DNA from: Octopus sinensis
Taxonomy: Eukaryota
NCBI RefSeq assembly: GCF_006345805.1
Contig: NC_043010.1
Location: forward strand, 26,350,001-26,414,000
DNA length: 64,000 nt
Reading direction: 5' to 3'
A program made the position numbers and the translations under genes. Under the pieces are notes generated by a model, which was not told the DNA's origin, did not search any database, and worked only from the letters and a program-made list of their open reading frames with translations. This document shows, one piece after another, positions 24,291-36,299 of this stretch; positions within the stretch are counted from its first letter, which is position 1; each line of letters starts with the position of its first letter.

Positions 24291-25361
24291 ACTCTGTCAA
24301 ACATGTAATTCGATTGTCTATGTCAGTTAATAAAGTTATGCATACTATTGCATTACCTACGATAAAACCTTTGCGTGTATTTTAGCATTTTCCCGTTTTT
24401 GTAGCGAAATAATACTTTCAACAAAATATGCTGATATTTTATATGTTAAGATCCATATTCCGATGCTTTCGCTTCTACTCACGCTTAGATATTATCATTT
24501 CCGGCATTGCATGCTACACTAGAAAGCAACACGCACCCACACAAACTCCATCACATACCCCAAACAATAAATACCAAAATCTTGAGGGTTCAGTCACTGA
24601 AAGGCTGTGGTCTATAGAACCAACCTTACATCATACAATGGCATCACAAGACACTGACACTGGAATAACAGCCGTTAATTTTAAGGGAAAGTCTACGTGA
24701 TATATGCACTCTTTCAAAACTTTACCTTCCAGTTCCGCTTCGTCAGAAAACTCCAGGGCCAAGGAAACAAATTCAAAGGTCACATGGAGAAACATTGACG
24801 GGATTTCTATCTTTTTATGTGGTTTTCATAAATGTCAACACTGCCTCGGGGGAGAAACTGTACACACTGCAACATCAATCAACACGAAACTGATTTAATT
24901 CTATAGCTGTCATCCGTGATGCGCTCTATTAATGAACTTCAAGCTGGATACATTAAAAATATCTGTAGACACATTGGTATACATATACACATGCATATGT
25001 AGAGACATATAGAGGTATATATTCAAAGATATACACACACTTAACCAATACACATAAATTGATATGCGTACGAAAGGAGACGCTTACACAAATAGACACA
25101 TACATATATGTTCTCAGATTTAAAACCTATCAGTCTGTTATCAATCGTGAGGACCTTAATATAATGAAGAGATAAGCTGTTAGATTCGCTAACAGTATTT
25201 AAGAAATAAAGACGTAATGGTATTAACGTAAACCAGATATGGATGGCTCAGCACACCACATTTAACGGAGGCATTGCCGGCAACGCCATGATGCTTGCGG
25301 TTACACATCTGTATTTGCAGACACACAATCATAGACCGGGAAAAAAATCATACACTAATAT

Positions 25362-25417
<56 letters not shown>

Positions 25418-25681
25418 AAATTCATGTATCTGTGTGTGTTTTATCTGTAGAAGGACGGAGCCGCATCTTGTTCTTGCTATTTTTGTCAAGGTCGATAGTA
25501 ACTCTGAATAAGAACTTAGTTGGACTGTGTTGACTTGTCCAACCCAAAGAAGCATGGCAAAACGGACGTTAAATGCTGCTGCTGCTGCTGGTGTTTTAGA
25601 TATATAAAGTCTCTCGGTACACAGCGCAAAGATCTATGTACACTCACACATAACTCTGTGTATTATATACATACATATATA

Positions 25682-25724
<43 letters not shown>

Positions 25725-26327
25725 TTAAACACACACATACATGCACACATTCATGCATTCATATATGTATGTGCATATTTATGTGTTCATGTATGTGTAT
25801 ACATATATGTAACCGTGTGTGTGTGTGTGTGTGTGCACAAACAAGTATTTACATAAGTTTATGTGCAGATCGGTTTTTCTCCTAATATGAAAACCAATAT
25901 GTACTTGAACAACGAAGCCATACAAGGACGACAATGGGTCTACTGAACAACTCTTCTTCCACGCTACGCAGTTCTGACCCAGACTACCTCTAATTCCTAC
26001 TAACATGCGAACCAACTATCCTAATCCTGTCTGAGACATAAATCTCACACCCATCGCTACCCCCCCCCACCTTTTGGTCTCTATACTGCACTTTATATTC
26101 CAACTGAGAAATGTGTTTTCGCATATGAAGAACACGCATTCCCTTACGAGACATCGCTCTCACTCACAGATCGGCAACAAAAGGCTCTTTTGTTCTTATT
26201 CTTGCTCTCCGATTCCCATCTTATTACAATCGCCTTCCATTTTGACAGATCAATTATCCTTTGGGAACCCCCTCCTCCTTTTCTTTTTATCATTATCACA
26301 CACACACACACACACACACACACGTAT

Positions 26328-26487
26328 AGGTGTAGGCATGGCTGTGTGATTACGAAACTCGTTTTTCAACCACGTGGTTTCTGGTTCTTTGTCACTGCAT
26401 GGCACCTTGGGCAAGAGTCTTCTATTGTAGCCCTGGGCCGAACAATGCCTTGTGAATGAATTGCTAGATGGAAACTGTGTTGAAGTC
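26328..26487 (+). mobile_element. S2 SINE 5' half running into the assembly gap
   Basis: S2 head and body. Confidence 0.75.
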
Positions 26488-26587
26488 NNNNNNNNNNNNN
26501 NNNNNNNNNNNNNNNNNNNNNNNNNNNNNNNNNNNNNNNNNNNNNNNNNNNNNNNNNNNNNNNNNNNNNNNNNNNNNNNNNNNNNNN
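26488..26587. other. Assembly gap (100 N)
   Basis: Run of N. Confidence 1.
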
Positions 26588-26757
26588 CCGGTCGATTACA
26601 TCGACGCAGTTCGCAACTGGTATTTAATTTATCGACCCCGAAAGGATGAAAAGTAAAGTCGACCGCGGCGGAATTTGAACTCAGAACGTAAAGACAGACG
26701 AAATACGCTAGGTATTTCATCTGGCAGTCTAACCTTTCTTCCAGCTGGCCGCCTTGT
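26588..26757 (-). mobile_element. S1 SINE
   Basis: Reverse complement of S1. Confidence 0.8.
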
Positions 26758-27009
26758 CTGACACACATATTACAGACGAATTACAAGCAATCCGCATAAA
26801 ATACGGCGCTGAAAAGGAGAAAAAGACAAAAAAAAACTATAGCTATGTTTTAACCCTAGGCGTGTTGTGTGTGGTTAAGAAACTTGCTTTGCAACTACAT
26901 GGTTTTGGGTTCAGTCCCACTGCTTGACACACTGGACGTGATCGCCCAATACCTTGTGTGTGAATTTAATAGACGGAAATCGGGCGACTTCCCTAGTTGT
27001 TGGTACCTT

Positions 27010-27575
27010 GAGCTGGCCGCGAAAATTTTTTTCCCATCATAGTTCTGGACCACAGTAATGAGCTCATTTACATATAGCCAATCAAAGCTCACCTTCAACT
27101 TTGTCAGGTTAACAAACACACTCTACCAAGTAAACTCAAGACGAAGAACGGTGTTGTAAGTCGACCGATGGCCATGTTTTGCCTGATTTTAGAAGGGGAC
27201 AAGTAATTAGATAGATTTGCATCTATACCAATTATCGGATTTTTGTTAGGGCCCCACGTGGTAAAGATGAGGATGCGAAAAATGTGGGTAGAGGGTGATG
27301 TGCTAGCAACGCTCTCCCTTTACTGCTTTACAAAATAAACAACAACACTAATAACTACGCAGAGGCAGCCATGGTTCGAACAAGAACAAGAACAACAAGC
27401 ATTATTAAAAGTGAATAAAAAGCATGGTCATTCCATACCCAAGTGACCTATCGCCCATCACTTATTATAAATTAGTTTGATAGTTGAGCTCTGATTGGCT
27501 GTATGCAAATGGGTTCATAAATGGGGTCCAGAACTCTCGTGGGAAAAAAATTCGTGAGCCGGCTCTGGTTGGACA
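27010..27575. mobile_element. Relic of a long-TIR MITE (same family as 56687-57444)
   Basis: Inverted arms containing agccaatca.agctc (about 27075) and gagctctgattggctgtatgcaaat (27486). Confidence 0.55.
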
Positions 27576-28394
27576 CCCTGTTCAATATGACAACCGAGTC
27601 TTCCTGGCTGGTGCAAGAAATATGAAATATGGCACATTATTTGTTAGTATCTGTCCATGTGCAATAACTATGCACAGTAATTGCAACAAAGAATGCAGCT
27701 GTTTACGAACAGTATCGACAACAACTATAACACTAACGGAACGACAAAAAAAAAAAAGAAAAAGAATAAACACGACTGCAGGAATACATTAACCTATATT
27801 TGAAGTAATCCATTTGGGTTTTCTTTTCTTTTCTTAACACAGCATCTGTGATTTTATTGTAACACAAGTGACAAAGAAACTTTCTGAAATCGTAAAGGAG
27901 TGAAGGACATAACGCTCAGAGGCTGCACAATACACACAGACACACACACACACGCACACGCACACACACACACACATACATCTTTTATCTTTTACCTGTT
28001 TCTGTCATTAGACTGCGGCCATGTTGGGACATCGGCTTGAATTTTTAGTCAAATGCCAAAAAATGTTTGTATATATCTCCAATAATATTAATTCAAAGGC
28101 ATTTAAATCGAAAACAATCACTGGTTATTTTATTTATTGGAAAGATATAGAAACATTTTTTTGACAGTCGTAGATTTTCTCTACTTAATTATTTTGTCCA
28201 TTATAATTTTGCTCTGTTATGGTACTTGTTAAGTATTTGAATAGTTAACGCTCACGCTCCAAAACATAGGTATTTTGAATCAGGATTTTCGTAATCTGGC
28301 AGTCTTTTTACATGGTATTTCGTCTGTCTTTTTTTAACCAAAACCCTGAAGAGACTTGTATACATGGATATGAATTGTTTATAAATCTTATATA

Positions 28395-28858
28395 TAAGCG
28401 TAGGAGTGGCTGTATGGTAAGTAGCTTGCTTACCAGCCACAAGGTTCCGGGTTCAGTCCCATTGCGTGGCACCTTGGGCAAGTGTTTTCTACTGTACCCC
28501 CAGGCCGACCAAAGCCTTGTGAGTCGATTTGGTTGACGGAAACTGAAAGAAGCCCGTCGTATATATGTGTGAGTATATATATATTATTATATATATATAT
28601 ATATATTATATGTGGGGTGTGTGTATGTGTTGTGTGTGTGTGTGTGGTGTATATTTGTGTGTCTGTTTGTCCCCCCAATATCGCTTGACAAAACGATGCT
28701 GGTGGTTTACGTCGCCGCAATTTAGCGGTTCGGCAAAAGAGACCGATAGAATAAGTACTAGGCTTACAAAGAATAAATCCTGGAGTCGATTTGCTCGACG
28801 AAAGGCGCTGCTCCAGCATGGCCACAGTCAAATGACTAAAACAAGTAAAAGAGTAATG
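28395..28858 (+). mobile_element. S2 SINE, full length
   Basis: Complete S2; a MITE is inserted at its tail. Confidence 0.88.
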
Positions 28859-29288
28859 GGATCTTTTCGGTTTGAACGGCAGTTTTTTCTAGCGGTGTCA
28901 TGAAATTGTCACCCATAATGATGACCCTAGTATCGATCTATTGCATTTCTATCTGTTTTAGGCTTAAGGTTAGTTAGGGTTAGGGGTGGAGGGAAGGGTA
29001 TCTTTTATTCTTCACAAATTTAAATAAACCCAATCTGTTTCTTAAACGAGGGACATATTCATACGGCACAGAATGTTTTTTTTTTACCTCAATGGACGTC
29101 ATTGATTGGTTGAAATTGCAGAAATTGAAGAAAAAAAAGCAACAAATATCTTACAAACTATAGTATTTTCTCAATAAAGCCAAGAGAAAAAGAGATTTTA
29201 TAAACACATTCTACCAGTATACGAAGTTTAAAGTTTTTTAGTTACCTAGAAATTATGTTAAAAACTGCCGTTCAAACCGAAAAGATCC
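28859..29288. mobile_element. MITE with 29-bp TIRs and 8-bp TSD (Merlin-like)
   Basis: TIRs ggatcttttcggtttgaacggcagttttt / aaaaactgccgttcaaaccgaaaagatcc; TSD gagtaatg at 28851-28858 and 29289-29296. GG termini with an 8-bp TSD fit Merlin (superfamily is inferred). Confidence 0.85.
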
Positions 29289-29390
29289 GAGTAATGTACA
29301 TAAGTCGAAGCAGATTGTTGGCTTTTTTCGTTTTTGATAATTTGTTCATGTTACCGTATCTTATATTATATTTATATTATATTTATATAT

Positions 29391-30547
29391 TACTAGCAGC
29401 ATAGCCCGGCGTTGCCCGGGTATGTAAGAGCCCCTAGTAGGCAACAACTAATCCCAATCTAGTCCTTTCTCTCTGGGGAACGAAGGCGCATGTGTAGGTT
29501 GAAGTGTCTTCTCTTCACTCCCAAATAACTATCAAACAGCTATCGATAATTCAACCCAACCAATTCCTACCTGGAAGAAATTACATTCGAGACTTTACCC
29601 CCAAATAGCTGCTTTACCCCCAAATAGCTGCTGCAGCCGCAAGTTATTCAAATACTTTTTTTGTTTAAACTTTCTTTATAACTACCACCCCAAACGTTTT
29701 ACCTTAAATTTTTGACGTACCCTAAGGGTCCTCGGACGCTACTTGCAAACTCTTGGTTTATTATAAACCGCTTTTGTCGTGTGCACCAAAAAACTTTTTC
29801 CATTCGTTTGTTCAGTTTGGTCACTTTTGACTTTTTCGTTGTTGTCACTCACATTGCTGCCCGCTTTTTTGCCAATTTTGTACATTTTTATACATTTTGG
29901 GATACTTACCCCACGTGTTCCGAGAGTTAAAAAGGTCGAGTTGCGTCCCTTAGACAGTCTGTGGTTTGTGTTTAGTACACAAATCGGTTTGCTATGTGTG
30001 CCACATATGATTTAATTAACCGATTTTTTCCAGTAATAAAGTTTCCTATTGGAATAAAAAGGGCCATATAGCTCCTTGGAGCAGACATGATGCTCACTGT
30101 GAATTTTTTAGAAAATTCCTGCCAATTTGTGAAAAATATTGTCGAAAATATGTCATCTTGAATTTGAACGCGATTTCCCAAAATGGCATGATTTTATCGA
30201 TTTTTTCTGATGGTAAGGTATTGCATGGAAGACTAACGTCAGAAATAAGTTTCTTAGGGTAACATTAAGCTTCACCATGAGTTTGGTGAAAATCGATTGC
30301 AAGTTGCTAAAACTACAACAGGAAAAGTGTTGCATATAAAAAGCTTAGATTCTCGACCCCATGTCGAATTTATCAATTTTTTTCAGAACTGGGGGAACTT
30401 TTCAAAATTTTCGCTGCGTTAGTTTTGAATTATGACATTGGGCTATGTGTGCGTCAAGTTTCATCAGAATCGGTTGAAAGCCGTGGTCAGGGTGAAGGTA
30501 CAACCTGACAGACACACAGACACACAAACTGCCGTTTATATATAGAG
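29391..30547 (+). mobile_element. Non-autonomous Helitron-like element (Lep1/DINE-like architecture)
   Basis: Starts tACTAGC...cccggcgttgcccggg in AT-rich DNA and ends acagacacacagacacac...tatatatag; no ORF, no TIR. Confidence 0.55.
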
Positions 30548-30559
30548 AGATATTACGAT

Positions 30560-31036
30560 TCTCACACTTTTGATCCATAGAGTATATTGGCCAGGATACT
30601 GGGGTAGGTGGCCAGGTCTTTCCCCAGGCCAGAACCGTTTAGCCAGCATACTTACCATATGCCGTTGCCACCCCCAGCACCTCGAGCTTTGGTGTTGGAG
30701 AAGACTTTTACGGATTCCATGGACAGCGAGGATCACCAATGGAGAAGTTCTTAAGCAGATCAGGCCGAAAATGTCGCTAGAAGCTAGGATCACCAAGCAT
30801 AGATTGGCATATTTTGGTCATATTATGCGGAGAAAATCCCCGGAGAAGGACATCATGCGCGGAATGATAAATGGCAAGAGTGGAAGAGGCCGACCAAGAA
30901 CCCGCTGGCTTGACACGATGAAGAGTGATACCGGAATGGACATAGCCAATCTGAAAGAAGCGGCCCAGGATAGAACTGACTGGAGGACACTGATCCATCG
31001 AGTAACCGAGAGTCAACTTCGACTGAGCGGATAGAT
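30560..31036 (+). mobile_element. RTE (BovB-like) 3' fragment with an apparently unrelated or inverted 5' segment
   Basis: ELWCWRRLLRIPWTAR...YFGHIMRR...RGRPRTRWLD...DRTDWRTLIHRV; ATAG tail; 12-bp TSD agatattacgat at 30548-30559 and 31037-31048. Confidence 0.85.
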
Positions 31037-31257
31037 AGATATTACGATATAAATAAATTGTTAGTTGTTAATTGTTAATTGTATTTCTGTTAGTTAATTT
31101 ATTGTTTGTATTGTGTATTTATAACCTATTTATGTGGTTTTGAGCTGACGACGTAGCAGAGAATTGGGTGTTTCATAACCCATTGAAGGAATTTTTTGTT
31201 TCGTTTGTTACATCATTCATCTACGGTAGTAGTTGAATAATATTCTTAAGGCCGAAG

Positions 31258-31475
31258 GCGGCGAGCTGGCAGAAACGTTGGCACACCAGGCGAAATGCTT
31301 AGAAGTATTTCGTCTGTCTTTACATTCTGAGTTCAAATTCCGCCAATGTTGACTTTGCCTTTCATCCTTTCAGGGTCGATAAATTAAGTACCAGTTGCAT
31401 ACTGAGATCGATCTAATCGACTGGCCCCATCCCCCAAAATTTCGGTCCTTGTGCCTAGAACAGAAAAGAATATTC
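31258..31475 (+). mobile_element. S1 SINE, full length
   Basis: Head through the agaaaagaat tail. Confidence 0.88.
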
Positions 31476-32084
31476 TTAAGGCCGCAATTTACTCACACGT
31501 AGCATCTTTCAGAACTTATCGCTAATTCAGTCCTCAACCAAATTGAAAACTGCTAGTACTTTTGAAGACGACTGGTCCCTAGCTATATTTTGGCATAAAA
31601 AATTGAGATTTGATCCAGTAGAAAAAGTTTACATCAAAATTTGCAGCACCGTTATAAGAGAGTAACTCCACCAATCAAGTTTAGACCAAAACAACTATTT
31701 TTTATTTTAAAAGCAATATATATTTATCTTAGCTTCAATGATAGAAGAAAGCATGAAAATTTTCATAGTTTTGTTCTCATGCAACAAAAAATTGCATAAA
31801 AAATTTGTGAGGTAAAATATCATGAAAAAAATTATAAGGCAAAAAACTGGATTTAAGTATAACTACGTAACTTTTTTAATTTTAAATACAAACTATATTT
31901 TAATTAAGCTTAGAGTTCAATGCAAGGAATTTCATATCAACCTCATGCAATGAAGTTTTAAAAGAAAAAATGTTATGAGTGTTTGTTTCTCAAATTTGAG
32001 GGTGATAACATAGTTCTATACTTTTTATGACTATAGTTCTAAAAGGGGGCTTTAAATATATGTCAACGGCGTCATTACGGGGCA

Positions 32085-32300
32085 AAGCTACGGGGACATA
32101 AACTCACCAGTATCGGCTGTCAAGCGATAGCAGAACAAACACACACATATACATATACCACGGGCTTCTTCTAGTGTCCATCTACCAAATCCACTCACAA
32201 GGTCGGCCCAAGGTTATAGTAGAAGACCCTTGCCACGCAGTGAGACTGAACTCGGAACCATGGTTGGGAAGTTAGCTTCTTACAACACAGCCACGCCTGC
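32085..32300 (-). mobile_element. S2 SINE, internally deleted
   Basis: Reverse complement of S2 pieces. Confidence 0.7.
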
Positions 32301-32326
32301 GCCTATATATATTATATATATATATG

Positions 32327-32358
<32 letters not shown>

Positions 32359-32402
32359 TACATACATAATATGTGTATATGTGCGTGCGTGTGTGTGTGC
32401 GT

Positions 32403-32510
<108 letters not shown>

Positions 32511-32989
32511 CTGTGTGTAGAGCATGTGCACGAGATAAGCAAACAAGTCATCAGCTTATTCGGTGTACGTGACAATCACTGCGTGAACAGCATATATATT
32601 ATATATATATAGGTGTTTAGACATATATAATGGCCAGCTGACAATATCTTCGTGTGTGTGAGTACGTGTACTTCGTTTACCCCTTTAAAATCTCCAAAAT
32701 AAAGCAACTGTCATTTTTCGTACACTTAAAAATCAATATATTTTATCGTTTGATTTTTCATTTATTTATTTATTTATACACTCGTGTATAATGCTACCCT
32801 TCAATTTTTACCTTCGAATTTCTTTTTTGGCAGGGTGCGACATTTCTCGTATCGCACATGGATAAGAACCGTAGCCACACATACACAAATACATACATAC
32901 ACGCATATGCAAACACACACACACACACACACGCACGCATATACCAAGTCATAGACTCAGATGGTCGTTTACTCGGTTTCTACAGAAAA

Positions 32990-33111
32990 TATATTCCCCC
33001 CACTGGACAGGGGGCCAGTTCGTTGCAGGATTACTCATTTTTACCCGGTCCAGGAATTGAAACCACAATCTTACGATCGTGAGTCCAACACCCAACCAAT
33101 AAGCCACGCGC

Positions 33112-33115
<4 letters not shown>
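32990..33115 (-). mobile_element. SINE family S3 (tRNA head ggcgcgtggct...cacgatcgtaag)
   Basis: Matches the 34905 head. Confidence 0.6.
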
Positions 33116-33153
<38 letters not shown>

Positions 33154-34866
33154 ATACACGTGCGCACACATGTGTGTGTATGTATGTTATAGTTCAGTTT
33201 TATTTCAAGATTTCTTACCAATAGAGAAAGAGCCGGTTTCTAACCTAGATCCAAGGCTCCTTCATTGGAATTTCAACATCAACAGCCGGGTATTTTTGTA
33301 TGTATGTATATTTGTATGTTTTGTTTTGTGTATGTCTTCTCATGCATATAGTTGCATATCTAGACATGCTCATATATGATAAACATCTGGAAAGTTTTAC
33401 AGATCTTTACAGTTCCATTTAATAAAGAAATATTAAATTATAAAAACATAATTGCTGAAAAAACCATTGCAATTAAGCATCGAAATAAAAGTGATAAAGA
33501 AAATCAAGAGATAACTTAGTTATGCATGTTTGCAGATAATGTGAAAGAAGGAAGATAAAAGAGAAGGTGAGGAAGAAAAGAAAGAATAAGAAAATGTCAA
33601 ATTTAGAAACGTGAAAATGCAAAAGTTTAAAGAATACAGGCGGATAATGTTATACTAGGGGAAAACAAGAGATGATAGATGGACTAAAGTAACAAGAGAT
33701 GTAGTATGAAATGGATAAAGGTTATATTTATGAAGGAGGACTGTAAAAGTGACAAGAAAGTGTAAGGTTCATTGATTATGTAATAAGCGGGGATAGAGAG
33801 AGGGAGAGAGAAATGAATAAAGATATGAAGGAGACGGGCTAAAGATAAGAGCAGAACTAGTACGCAATGGAGGATGTATGTATTTATGAGGGAGAGGTGT
33901 AATTCAGATTTGCCAATGTGCTTCTGAAATGATGTACAGGTAGATATATCATCAGTGTACATTTATTTCTCTCGTGATTCTGTAGATTTTAAGGCTTGTG
34001 AGTAACGGACGGGATGAGAGAGAAAGAAAGAGAAAAGGAAGGAAGGAAAAAGATAGCTCGCTGACTTGAAATAACAATAAATGCAATAGATACAATAATG
34101 CAATGGAGAAAGCGTATTTATTGAGAGAGGGGTGTAAACCTGAAAAGGAAAGTGTAAGAGTTATAAATGAGTGACTGGATAGAGAGAAAGAGAGAGAGAG
34201 AAGAAAGTTATGAAAAGGTGATTGGATTAAAGTTTATGCGAGAGTTGAAGAAGAAGAAAAGAAGCAAGAGAAAGAAGGAGACAGTAATATAAAGAAGGAG
34301 ACAGTAATATAAAGAAGATGAGGAGAATCCAGTGGTGAGGCCCCTGGTTTGGGAGTTCCAGCGTTCTGAGGAGAGTGGAACCACCTCCTAATCCCTATTG
34401 TTTCCAAATCAACCCTGACCCGGAGTTGTCGCACGTGTCATGGTCTCAGCTATGAACTAATTAGCAACTCAATCAGGCAGATGGAGCTCGTTAGCTGGTG
34501 GGGTGAGGAGAAACCATCTAAGGGAACTAAAATCCCGGTTCCAAACGTCCGCTGCCTTGTGGTTATACATAACCATTGTGAAAGCTTCGAGATTAAACCC
34601 TGAGGGAAAATCGGGAGTTGGAGCCCTTGAAGTAGTTGGATATTGTCTACGACTGCGTTCTGGCAAATCTTGCGACGATGCTAACACCAAATTGCAACGG
34701 CCATGTTGTTCCTCTGATTGGAGAAAACTTTTCAAATATAAATAACGTGGAAGTATACAGAAATAAACAGTGTTTTCCATCTTGCTGTAAGTTTTGTTTC
34801 ATTTTGAAAAATTAAAATATATATATAATATATAATTTAAAAAAAAAAAATATATATATATATATA

Positions 34867-34904
<38 letters not shown>

Positions 34905-34905
<1 letters not shown>

Positions 34906-35030
34906 TGAAGGCGCATGGCTCAGTGGTTAGAGCGTCGAGCTTACGATCGTGAGGTTGTGAGTTTGAATCCCGGACCGGGCTGCGTATTGTGTTCTTGAGT
35001 AAAACGCTTTATTTTCACGTTGCTCCAGAA
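34905..35030 (+). mobile_element. S3 SINE tRNA-like head
   Basis: A-box ggctcagtggttagag, B-box gagtttgaatcc, then tattttcacgttgctccag. Confidence 0.7.
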
Positions 35031-35049
35031 ATGTAAAAATGAGTTGCGA

Positions 35050-35769
35050 CGTCACAGGTGCCAATGCCCAGTCTCTTTTACAATCTCTCGAACAAGCCTC
35101 AAATTGTGTAGGTCTTTACCTCAATGAGACCAAGACTGAATATGTAAACAAGTGCCTGTCCAACAGTGATTGCATCATCCATACTCTCAACAATACGCCC
35201 TTAAATACGGTTTCTGATTACAAATATCTTGGGTCATACATATTATCTGGAAAAGACTTTCTAACTAGAAAGGGTATGGCCTGTTCAGCCTGTAATGACA
35301 TGCATAAGATCTGGTCATCAAATCTGAGTAGAGACTTCAAACTAAAAATCTTCAAAGCCACAGTCGAACCAATTCTACTATATGGACATTATCAAAGAAG
35401 CTTGAGAGGCGATTGGATGGAACTACACTCGCCTCCTTATGAGAGCTCAAAATCTCTCGTGGAAGCGTCATCCAACCAAAATGCAAATATATGGGAAACT
35501 ACCACCTGTGTCATCTCGTGAAATGCAGGAGAGTCCAGTTTGCTGGACATTGTTGTAGAGCTGAAAACGAGGCAATTTCTACTCTTCTCCTATGGAAGCC
35601 ATCTACTCGCGATACCAGAGGGCGCACACTTTCCTACCCTGATGTAATCTCCAGAGATACAGGCATCCAGCAACAGGACCTCCGTAATGCTATGATGGAC
35701 CGTGAAGTCTGGCGTAGCATAGTAAATTCCATTGTCTCGACCACGGTCAAACAATGATGATGATGATGA
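35050..35769 (+). mobile_element. RTE-clade LINE 3' fragment with (TGA)n tail
   Basis: AQSLLQSLE...GLYLNETKTEY...YKYLGS...FKATVEPILLYG; RRVQFAGHC...DREVWRSIV. Confidence 0.85.
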
Positions 35770-35945
35770 GGCCAAGCTGTATCGGCCCCTTTGCCTTTCC
35801 CTTGGATAGCACTGGTGGCGTGGACAGGGGAGTCCGCTATGCATGGGTGACTGCTGGTTTTCCTTGCTGGGCAAGGAAAACCAACCTGGGAGGGTAACTT
35901 TCTAGGTGCAATCCCATGGTCAGTCATGACCAAAGGGGGTCTCAG
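35770..35945 (-). mobile_element. Probable RTE-type LINE 5' UTR fragment with strong hairpins
   Basis: GC-rich, with hairpin ggtcatgactgacc and a 13-bp perfect stem at 35855-35883. The family call rests on resemblance only. Confidence 0.4.
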
Positions 35946-36017
35946 CATATATATATATATATCGGTGCCCCAGCATGGCCTCAGCCGGATGGCTGAAACA
36001 AGTAAAAGAGTAAAAGA

Positions 36018-36053
<36 letters not shown>

Positions 36054-36299
36054 CTGTTTAGGACGGAGTGATGACAGTTGCTTTTAGAATTTATTACAAA
36101 GTTTTCTTTCTCCTAAATAAGCTTCTGGGAATGATCAATTTTGAAGAGACGTCTTCTGGCTCTTTGAATTACTGAATATTCCTTTATTTGGGAAGATGTA
36201 CATAAGACACCTGTATGCTATAATCTTCACTATCATTGTTGCTAATTTGCGCAAGATATAATTTGAAGGAAAATGATATGAAAAGAAAACGTCATGTTC

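Noticed and set aside
24690-24900. Possible minus-strand exon ending GAAG|GTAAAG
   Set aside because: All three frames from the candidate acceptor contain stops.
28859-29288. Telomere or interstitial telomeric array suggested by TTAGGG units
   Set aside because: Only 2-3 units, inside a TIR-bounded MITE.
31141-31190. CTGACGA followed by a hairpin as a possible hammerhead
   Set aside because: No stem II directly after the core, GAAG instead of GAAA, and no stem I.
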